A DNA stretch of 64,000 nt from Rotaria socialis (lineage: Eukaryota), in assembly GCA_905331295.1 (NCBI GenBank), contig CAJNYD010000365.1:1-64000 (forward strand), read 5' to 3'. The translations under genes and the position numbers were made by a program. This document shows, in pieces, positions 53,544 through 64,000 of this stretch (positions within the stretch are counted from its first letter, which is position 1; every line of letters starts with the position of its first letter). The notes under the pieces were generated by a model that was not told where the DNA came from, ran no database searches, and was given only the letters and a program-made list of their open reading frames with translations.

Positions 53544-54749
53544 TTATGATCGACTACGTGATTTTGATCGTGATCGCGATCTGTGAAGAAAGAAAAAAAA
53601 ACAAATGAAGCAAGCATGAAAAATAAAAAAATATTTACTTACGGTGAACGTCGACGATAATTATCACGACCACCGTCACGACCGCCATCCCGACCACCGT
53701 CACGGCCACCATCACGACCACCATCACGACCACCATCACGACCGCCGCCACCACGACGATCGTAATTTGTATTTCGGCGATTGTGATAACGATCGTCACC
53801 ATCACTTCGACTTTCGCGACAATTACGAGATATATGGCCAGGACGTGAACAATTATAACATGTTAAATTATTACGATTATTGCCGCCACCACCACCACCG
53901 CCACCGCCGCCACCACCACCGCCATGCTTCAAAATAAAATATGCATTATTAAAAACGAAAAGAAATTTCGCTGAAAGATTTTTACCGATGGTCCACGTCG
54001 AGATGACCGTGCCCATTGAACAATAAATGATTTTCCTTGGTGTTCACGTCCATTTTCTCCTTTAATAGCTGCCTAAAATGGTCGTTAAAGCACTTGATCA
54101 GAAAAAGTTTCTATAGATATTGGAAATATTAATATTAAAAATCAAAACTAGAAATTATAATTTTCTCTAGTGACTCGACATACCTTCTATATTAACAGTA
54201 TGAAAAGAACTCTGAAAATGGGAAAATGCACTGCTGATGTATGAAATATCACCACCACCTTCAATCAAACTGACACTGAAACATGTTACAGGTTGTTCAT
54301 CATATATGAGTGAATCGTAGGCGTGCATATGTATAAAAAGAAACTTTAGGGATTACACGATGCACTCCTAGAAAACAAAAAGGTCGTAATTAAGTATAAA
54401 TCGAAAACTTGATGATTTTGTTTTAATTTTTTAAAATAATATTCAATAATAATTACTTCAGCATCTGAGTTTGATTCGAATTCAAGAAAACCATAACTTG
54501 AAGCAAAATCTATTTTTTAAAATACATATATATATATATGTACATATGAAGAATTATGAATAATATACTTGATGCTCCTTGTTTGAGTTCACATCTTACT
54601 ATGCGTCCATAGTTTTCAAAGATACTAATAAAGAAAAGATTAGAAGATACTAAAGGTATGTACATTTTATAAAAAAATAATTACTCTTCGAGTTCATTCT
54701 TTGATATATCACGGTGAATATTGCCAACAAAAATTTCGACTTGAGACAT
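53544..54749 (-). CDS. SR splicing factor, SRSF7/9G8-like (RRM + CCHC zinc knuckle + RG/RS tail)
   Basis: IFVGNI (RNP2), YGFLEFE (RNP1), CYNCSRPGHISRNC, and a C-terminal RRRSPSRSRSKSRSRS*. Confidence 0.9.
53663..53750. repeat. Coding 12-bp tandem repeat encoding (RDGG)n
   Basis: Repeats of the accaccatcacg type in the SR gene. A poly-Gly tract also occurs at 53882-53922. Confidence 0.9.
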
Positions 54750-54865
54750 TGATTCAAAATTTCTCATAATAAAATGTACTTGACCGATTAGTGATTAGTA
54801 TGTCTATTTGTTTACTTGTTTATTTACTGAGATTTCAACTCTACTTTGTTGTCCATTTTAATTGA

Positions 54866-54902
54866 GGGCGGATTTAAAAATTCGATATTTGCATATTTGC
54901 AT
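54866..54902. promoter_or_regulatory. GC box (GGGCGG) plus two abutting octamer motifs (ATTTGCAT x2) upstream of the SR gene
   Basis: GGGCGG at 54866-54871; ATTTGCATATTTGCAT at 54887-54902. Confidence 0.45.
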
Positions 54903-55862
54903 ATGGAAAAAAATAGCTAAGCTTAAAAATAAACTAATATCTTAATGTATAATTTTATTTTTAAGCTCAAAATATCCTGAAGATGTCATCAAATATCGCC
55001 TGCAATTTCATGCTCGGGGATGGATCGTATAAGTGTGTGTGTTCATAGTTATGCGAACATCTTGATTTCATTCAATTTCTGTATCTACAAATAGTTCAAC
55101 ATAGTTTTTCTAATTTTGTTTTTGTTCTAATGAAATATGAGCATGTACGGGTGTCTTTTTATGGATATAAAATGAATTTCATTATGAATCATTTGCACCA
55201 AGTGCTTATTCAGCGTTGCTAAAAGCAACAAATTAACATTTCTTCATCAATCGAAAACTGAATGTATACCTATGTATGCTGAGTATATCGAAATGCAAAG
55301 GAAAACAGAATAATATAAAGATGTTGCTAGCGCTTGTTTGGCTACTTTTCAAATTTCGACTTGCAACATATTATCAATAAACCATTTGATTATATGTTTC
55401 TTTTCTTGGATTAATAAAAGTCTACTTTCTAAATTAACTGATCATTTTTCTTTATTTTCACGTTTGAAATGAGAGTAAACTTCATACCGAACAGATTTAT
55501 TGCAAATTGGTTCCTATGCTAAGAAGACAAGTAGCATCAGATCCGCTAAAACTTAGAAAAACTTTTGAGGCAAAATAATGATACCTTACCTATGAATGAC
55601 AAGAAAAGTGATAGAAGACGATGAAAAAATCTACCAGAAATCCACAGAATGAAAGAAAATATCCGATGATGACGAAAAAATTGCGATATAATACTAAAGG
55701 GATAAGTTTGAGTTTTTCTCCCGCTTAATTAGTAAAGTTCTTCTATAGATAGACAAATCTTATATAAAGTAGACGTTGTTTTCAACTTTTGATAGTCCTC
55801 ATTCGGTTGCATGACACAGTTATCTTCACTAAAGTGACACTTATAGGTAACAAATATTATTA

Positions 55863-55873
55863 TTGGCGCCAAA
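55863..55873. promoter_or_regulatory. E2F-type palindrome TTGGCGCCAAA ~100 bp upstream of the THAP-NAB ATG
   Basis: Consensus match, with a second related motif tttgccgccaa at ~55909-55919. Confidence 0.4.
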
Positions 55874-55971
55874 CTACTTAACTAAACATCAAAATTCGAG
55901 TCAAAAGATTTGCCGCCAAGGAGACATACAAAATTATAGTCATATAGAGAGGATACATCAAGCTATCAATC

Positions 55972-58900
55972 ATGGTGCATAATTGTGCAATTATAAGTTG
56001 TCCACTTCATAATCGACGGAATATTCGTAAAGGTATTTCATTGAAATGACATGACACATTTTTCTAAAAGTTCTTGTTTTCGAAGGACTTCTTTTTCATT
56101 CATTTCCAGTTGATCAACATCGATTTGAATTATGGCGACAGACAGTATTTAATCACTGCGCACAAACACTTTCGATTAATAAACATTCGAAAATTTGCTA
56201 TCAACATTTTCATCCAGATGATTATATTGCAAATCATACTGGTCTTACACGTTATTTAAAGGCGACTGCTACACCATCAATTTTCACTCAAAAAAATTCT
56301 ACGAGTACAAATTTACATCCTTCTTCTACATTGAATAGTCATCTGCTAACATCATCAACAAATTCGAATACTAATCGATCGATAAAATTAAACACACTGC
56401 TAGAAACACCACCAACACTTTTCATTTTACCATCCAAATCTTCTTCATCAATAGGATTACCGACATTAACAGACACAAAAGCAAAGCGACTTTTAAATAC
56501 CATAGATAAATTACATCAAATTCAAAATGCAAATAAAATTGTTGTGACACAAAAACTAATTTCTGAAAATGAAAATGAAAATGAAAAACAAGATTTTGAT
56601 AATAATAATAATAAAATCATAGAAAAACAAACATTAAAAGCAACCCACCTCATCAATGATAATCAGATGTTATGTGATAATTTAATGGAACCAAAGGAAC
56701 TATTTCTAATTAATCATCAAAATGCAATCAAGGAGCAACAAACAATTCGTAAATTTAAAGTTTAATGAAACGATCATCAAATATTTTATCAATTCGTTTT
56801 AGAGGACACTTTTCAACATTCATCAATGGACTCTAATACATTCCGGCGAGTAGAAAATGTAGTTATGTCGTCACCCAAGAATCACCTAGAAGATACATTA
56901 TACAAATTTCTTGAACAAGCTAATCTTTTACAATATTATTCTGCTTTCATCGAACAAGGTATTTCAATATAAAGTTCTCAAGTCAATTAGCTATCTGTAT
57001 TGAAGCACTATTTCATTTCATGAAATTAGATGTATGAATGTAACAATAATATATTGAGCTCGAAATGACTAGAATAATATGGTTAGATGAAAGGAGAAGA
57101 TTTTATGAGAAAATGGACTGCAAATGGAGGAGATTTGCAGTAAAAATTTTATATTGAATATATTACGCTTAAAATATAAACTGAATTTCATGTGAACATA
57201 TACTAATATTTCCCCGGTTATAGACAATTCTGTTTAGTAATAGATACACTAGAGAATCATATTGGCTTTTTATTTTTCTAGGGGGTGACGATTTAAAGCA
57301 ACTTGCTGAAGCACAAAATGATGATTTTCAAGAGATTATTACTCTTGTTGGAATGGTATCAAAACCGTTACATATTAAACGATTTAAAAGAGCATTAGCT
57401 GATTATCGGCAATCAACGAATCATAGAGATATTGAACATTCATTTTCAAATAGTTCGTATTCAGCTATTCTAACTCATCGCTTATCGGCGGATGAACCAT
57501 TATCGGAGCGAAATTTACTTTCATCACTTATTACTTCAACATCGACGAATAATTTACCGAAGTCGGTCAATCAAATTTCATCTAATTGGTGTATTAATGT
57601 TTGTTTTTTTTGAATATCTTTCGACATAGATACGATTCAATTTTTGATTATTTTAGAAAACGGATAATAGTAAAACTAATAATATTCATCAATTAATTGA
57701 TGATAGTCAACGTAAAAGGATTGCAGATGAAGCAGAACGATTAGCTAATTTATTACCGATAACATCAATTAAAAAGCTAAACGGACGTAGTAATATATCA
57801 AAAGATTTATTTGTATGTTTTTCTTTCAACAATAAATTAACACTGATCTATTTATATTTATAGGCTACAATGAATTTACCGAGAGATTTTGAAGATCGTT
57901 GGCAACGTATACGAAAATATTCAGCTATCTGTAATTAATTTAAATCATTAGATAGGTTTATTAAAATGCTTTTTTTAAAATGTTTAACTTAATTTAGATA
58001 ATCGATTTGATTCGAAAACACCTAATCAAGTGCTTAGCTTGCATGAAGTTAGTGCAGAAAATCATTCATTAGTTTGATTTTAATACTATCTTTAGATTCT
58101 AATCAATGAAGCTGCAGCTGCTATTTGTTTTCATAGACCAGGTTTCATATTATATATTATACTGAACGAATTCTTCATTCAAAATTTAGAATTTCTAACA
58201 CGTCGTGACGAACTTTTACATCTTGCTCGTCGCGTTCTTCAAAATATTGGAATTCCTACGACTAATATTCAAAAACGGTATTGAAATCATTCTATTCTAA
58301 TAGAAAAACAAAATGATGTGTAGTCTTTGTAGACCATTGAATATGTTAACATGTGATATAGTACCAGCAAAACAAGTGAAATTAAATGTGTCAACTTCAA
58401 AAGCATATACTCGACAACGAGATCCAGACGCTTTTCGATTGATGTGGCACAATCGAGAAGTAGATATAGTTAATTCTTAAAATATTAATTCATACATTTT
58501 TTTTTTCTATAAAGGCAAAAGTTGAACAAATTCCTATTCAAATAGAAGCATTTCGATATGAACAAAATCAATTATTACAACAGTTGAAACAAAATGCAAT
58601 TGATTCATCGTCATCATCTGTAGATAATATTTGTCTGAAAAAACAAATTGATGATTTAAGTAAACAAATAGAACAACTCAATGATGAAGAAAAAAATTTA
58701 CGACGATTAATTCGCAAAAGAAATATGCGGTAAAATATTTTTTGTAATGTGATATATTTATTTTCATTAAAAACATTCTTTGTGATTTTTCAGTCTTCGA
58801 GCAAAAGAACGTCAACAACAAAAACAACAGATGCTTGTTCATCATTCATCAACGATTCAAGATTTAATGTTACCGATAATACCAATAACACCATCAACAT

Positions 58901-59340
58901 CAACATTACCCAACGATATCATTGAAGATCAACTAACATCAACGCCATCAATGCAAATCTTCGAAACTAACACTGATATGTTTCATTCAATAAATATCAA
59001 AGATGAAAAAGTTGAACCATATACCAATCTTTCTTCGTCTGTTTTACAAGCAAGAAAAGAATTTTCACAGGCAACACTTATTGCTAAACCAATTAATAAA
59101 CGACGCGAAGAAATCAATGAAAGCTCAATTGTACTCAATAAGGAAACAATTCCTCAAAGCAAGTCATCACATTCGACACAAAGAAACCATTCATCATCGA
59201 CAACAGCTATTGGTTCAGTACTCGATCCTGACTTTCATTCTTATAAGCCAACTAATATTCTTGCGACATATCATAATGAGCAAGATATTGTTGAGAGCAA
59301 AAGTTTTATCCATACACTTGATTTTAATGTTCATACCTAA
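55972..59340 (+). CDS. THAP zinc finger - NAB (NGFI-A-binding) corepressor fusion protein, multi-exon
   Basis: THAP: MVHNCAIISC…FHSFP…W…ICYQHF…LKATATPSIF. NCD1: [28 protein letters not shown]…LVGMVSKPLHIKRFKRAL. NCD2: RIRKYSAIYNRFDSK…LSLHEILINEAAAAIC…LTRRDELLHLARRV. Then a coiled-coil and a low-complexity tail. Confidence 0.88.
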
Positions 59341-60592
59341 ATTAAAAAGAATAAATCAATCAAATAGAACATTTCATTCTTTGAACTATTCAATTGTATA
59401 TAGTGAGTGTGCAATGTTAATAAAATCAACTACTGTTTCACTATACCTAGTTATTCTCGTGACACTCGTACATCTTCTTTCTGATAGTATAGTTTTACGC
59501 TATAAAACAAGTGATTCCATATCAAAAGTCATCGAGAAAATAATAATGAACTTGTCTTCGGTACCGAAGTAGACTACAGTTAAACCGTGATCAAACTGAA
59601 AACCGAACGTTCTACATATGAAAGCAACAACGTTGTCTAGAAATCAACAAAGTTAATTTCTAGAAAACAATTCATCGGTGTTTCGTAAGACTTTGTTGAT
59701 AGGCACTCCTATACAATGAATTTCATTGAGCGAGAATCGTTTGTCAACAATAATCGGAAGAAAAGAAACACATTAGAAGATTTTGTAAAAACCTTGTACG
59801 CTTGGATGTAAAACAAGGGATTGGCAACCTTATGTGGTAGGAAATGTCTTTGGATGAAACTGAAGGTAAGACACTCATAAATACAGTTATATACACGCAC
59901 ACTGTATAACAATATATTTAGTGAGTACTGCAGTTTTTTTAATATTGTATTACTCAGTATAGTGTAATGCAAAAAGTAAATTTTAGTGGATACTAGTTCG
60001 TTTACTACCACACATTGACAATCAGAAGCGCTATTATATAAATCAACTGATAACGTATAGCCATCGTGTCAGATGGATATATCATCAAGAATATGATGTA
60101 TCTGATATTTATCGAGACAAAATATATAGATTTAGTATTTAATTATTTTATAATGAATGATGGAGCTTTCATATTTTGAATAGCTAGAGCTTGCTAGTTT
60201 TTGTGTCATATCGTCTCGTCTCCCTCTCTGCATGTATATATTGTTGAGTCAACCTGTAGATGTCATGAGTAGATGATAAGTGACTTGTAGAAAAAGGCAA
60301 TGTGTTTACAATTGAATTGCTATTGTTTTTTTATTTATTCGTCATCAACATGATTGTGATCTAAGTGCACTATAAAAGATACAACGTTACTTTAATGGCC
60401 TCATTTAGTTTTCAGAAGATTTTGTACACATATTACACATTATTTAGAATTGAATCTAAAAAATCTGATTCACGTTACTGAGTACAAACATCAATCAGAT
60501 CATTTGATTGAGCATTCTAACTTCTGGTTAAGACAAGGCCATTGGGGTAAAGATGATTTTCTTATTGCTTTACTTCTAGAATATTTGCAATC

Positions 60593-63500
60593 ATGTCAAC
60601 AAAAGCTATCTATGAAGCTACAGGTAAAAAACTTCTGAATAAATATCTCTGTTCAACAGCAGCGGAATGTCGCTGCGTTAGTGTTGATGAAAATACAAAA
60701 TGGGATGAACTGGTCGCCAATAATATTTGGCTAGAAAAAGAGGTTTGAATTATAACTGATTCTCTTAATTAAAATATTCTTTTTCCTAGAGTTTGGTCGC
60801 TAAACCTGATCAATTAATTAAACGACGCGGCAAACTTGGTCTTATTAAAGGCGATGTTAACCTTCAAGGAGCTAAGGATTTTATATTAGAAAAATTAGGC
60901 AAAGAAATTTCGGTAAATGAAACTAAGAGTTATAATATGCTCAAACTAAATTTCTTTTTATATCAAGATTGGTCATACAACAGGAAAATTGAAACATTTT
61001 ATTATTGAACCTTATGTTAAACATGAGAACGCAGATGAAATGTATATTTGTATTTATTCCAATCGAGATGGAGAAATGATACTTTTTCATCACGAAGGTG
61101 GTATTGACATTGGTGATGTTGATTCAAAAGCATTAACTTATACAGTTATCATCGATGAACCATTTGAGGTCAATAAAATGGAGCAAGCTTTATTAAAGAA
61201 TGTACCAGCAGATCGACGATCGTACGTAAAAGCAAATCAAATTATATTGATTTAGATAATGTGTCTCATGGGATGAATATTTAGGCATTTATCAGCATTT
61301 ATCACAAAACTATTTCAAGTTTATATGGAATTGCAATTTACATATTTAGAAATCAATCCATTGGTTGTTACATCAAAAGCTATTTATATACTTGATTTAG
61401 CTAGTCGTCTTGATCAAACAGCTGAGTATTTATGCGCTTCGAAATGGGATAAAGTCACATTTCCACCACCATTTGGTCGGGATGCTTATTCAGAAGTAAA
61501 TAGAAATTCATAATAAATATAATTACACAATATTTGTCTTTGGAAATATTTATAGGAAGCGTATATAGCTGAACTAGATGCAAAATCTGGAGCATCATTA
61601 AAATTAACTGTGCTTAATCCAAAAGGTCGTGTATGGACAATGGTAGCTGGTGGTGGGGCATCAGTTATATATAGGTTAGTAATATAACATTATTAATTAT
61701 TACTAATATTACCTATTTGCTTATTGACAGCGATACTATTTGTGATATGGGTTTCGCATCTGAATTGGCTAATTATGGTGAATATTCTGGTGCACCAAGC
61801 GAACAACAAACATATGAATATGCTAAAACAATTTTATCATTAATGGTTAAAGAAAAAACTCCCGATGGAAAAACTTTAATTATTGGCGGTGGTATTGCAA
61901 ATTTTACAAATGTAGCAGCAACATTCAAGGTAATTCATATTAGTTTGTCTAGAAGATTTTACGGAATTCGAAAAACATAAAAGGAACTAAAAGTAGAATA
62001 TTATTTATTTTAGGGTATTGTTAAAGCATTAAGAGAATATCGTGATCTCTTAATCGAAAATAAAGTATCAATATTCGTTCGTCGTGCTGGTCCTAACTAT
62101 CAAGAAGGATTACGTGTTATGCGTGAAGTAGGCGCATCATTAGGCATTCCTGTTCATGTATTTGGACCTGAAACTCATATGACAGCTATTGTTGGCATGG
62201 CACTCGGTATTCTTTTCTTTTTTCTTTTACTATTTATTGTTGCAATTTTTCTATTACGATTCTTTCTTTCTTTTTATTTATTCAGGAAAACGTCCTATTG
62301 CTGCTCCAGAAGAAGTAGAACTAACAACAGCAAATTTCTTACTTCCAAGTAGTGGCAAGGTAACAATTTAGAAAACATGAAAAACGAATTATTCAAAGTT
62401 TTATAGCTTTTTTGAATCTTCCTGTTAGAAAAATATCTTCTGAGATTTCTTCGCTCAGTATAAACACAGTGAGAATATAGAAAAATGCATTTGAATAGTA
62501 GTGAGGTGATGAGATGCTCAAGATAGCTACTCATACTTAGTTTTCATGTATTTTTGGTCTATCATTATTGTATGTTTATATGCTTTATTCGGAATACATT
62601 GGTCAAACAATGTGAAATCAGTTTTGACCGATTATACATATCTCTTACTAATCCTAGTAGTAATCTTGATAGTTAACTATCAGTCTTATACTTTTTTTAC
62701 ATGTAGCTATTTTATAATCTAAATGTCGTTTTTTCTATCTAATAATAAATTTATTCTAATATTATTATTCTATTATAGAAAGGAGATGCTCGCGTTGCAT
62801 CTGACACCGCATCAAGCACAACAGAAAAAGTGAACGGTGATGTTCTAAAAAATGATTTGAACCGACCACTCTTCACAAATGAAACTAGAGCTATTGTTTG
62901 GGGTATGCAAACTAAAGTATGTCATTCCAAAAAATACTAATATATCATATTAATTATAATCTATTACTTTCAGGCTGTTCAAGGTATGCTTGATTTTGAT
63001 CATGTATGCCGTCGTACACAACCATCAGTTGTTGCTATGGTTTATCCGTTTACTGGTGATCATAAACAAAAATTTTATTGGGGTCATGAAGAAATTCTTT
63101 TGCCATGCTATAAAAATATGGCTGATTGTATAAAACGGCATCCAGAAGCGGATGTACTCATTAACTTTGCATCCCTACGTTCAGCATATGAAAGTACAAT
63201 GGAAGCAATGAAATATCCACAAGTATGTTAATCCAATGGCAGTATAAGAACATAGAGAGAACTACCGTATTGTTTCTTTCTTTCTTTCTTTCTTTTTATT
63301 CAAATACATAGATTCGAACAATTGCCATTATTGCTGAAGGTATTCCAGAACAATTAACACGAAGTATGATACGTGTAGCAAACAAGCAAAACGTATTTCT
63401 TATTGGACCAGCAACTGTATGTAAACTTGTTTGAATTTTAGTTTTGTAAATTTATCTTTTTGACATCCAGGTGGGTGGTTTAAAAGCTGGTTGTTTTAAA

Positions 63501-64000
63501 ATTGGACACACTGGAGGCATGCTCGATAATATTCTTATGTCAAAACTTTATCGACCAGGCAGGTACGTCATGATAGTTGAATATTTACTTTTAAGAATAC
63601 AAGAAAATAAATCTATTTATTTTAGTGTTGCATATGTTTCTCGGTCAGGTGGCATGTCCAATGAATTGAATAATATTATTGCTCGTAATTCCGATGGTGT
63701 TTATGAAGGCATTGCAATTGGTGGTGATCGGTAATTTGAAAATTATTTTACTTTTATGTATATCTAGTTCTAATATACAGATGATTGATAAGAAAGAGAC
63801 ACAATATTTCTTACACTTAATTTCTTAATTAATTATAATAAATGATTTCTAATTTTTATTTTAGTTATCCTGGTACGACATTTACAGATCATATCTATCG
63901 GTATGAAGGTGATCCAGAAGCTAAAATAATTGTTCTTCTTGGTGAAGTATGTTTTCCAGCGTATCAATAGAAAAAAGTTCTAAATCGTAATTTTTTAAAT
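60593..64000 (+). CDS. ACLY: ATP-citrate lyase, 5' portion (continues beyond the window)
   Basis: [99 protein letters not shown]. Confidence 0.98.

Noticed and set aside
53644..53937. His/Asp/Arg-rich plus-strand ORF
   Set aside because: It is the antisense shadow of the Gly/Arg repeats of the SR gene.
59003..59572. 189-aa ORF overlapping the last THAP-NAB exon
   Set aside because: Alternative frame with no recognisable domain, running into the presumed 3' UTR.
1..64000. Horizontally acquired bacterial or fungal genes, tRNA, rRNA, snRNA or spliced-leader RNA genes
   Set aside because: None recognised by eye; the identifiable genes look metazoan. A covariance-model scan would be needed to exclude small RNAs.

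Overview
Eukaryotic, very AT-rich animal genomic DNA with many ~53-65-nt GT-AG introns. Intron size, composition and an F-box/LRR-like protein type suggest a bdelloid rotifer (inference, not verified). Genes reconstructed by hand, in order: F-box protein (-), B-Raf-like kinase (-), Mab-21/cGAS-fold protein (+), Cdc27/APC3 (-) with a nested antisense GPCR, DNAJC22/wurst (-), a single-pass EGF-like membrane protein (+), two tandem Mps1/TTK-like kinases (+), a GRAF-family RhoGAP (-), RPL6 (+), an ankyrin protein (+), a second GPCR (-), an SRSF7-like SR protein (-), a THAP-NAB fusion gene (+) and the 5' part of ATP-citrate lyase (+). There are also several MITE-like or inverted-repeat elements. 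Best leads: (1) a NAB corepressor (NCD1+NCD2) fused in frame to an N-terminal THAP DNA-binding zinc finger; (2) a Raf gene with two phase-matched, apparently mutually exclusive exons encoding alternative C1/CRD zinc fingers, and loss of several canonical Ras-binding, dimerisation and phospho-site residues; (3) a catalytically degenerate cGAS/Mab-21-fold protein; (4) a palindrome with near-identical inner arms and diverged outer arms; (5) a candidate poison exon in the SR gene. All gene models and alignments are by eye and from memory of the families; no database search was run.
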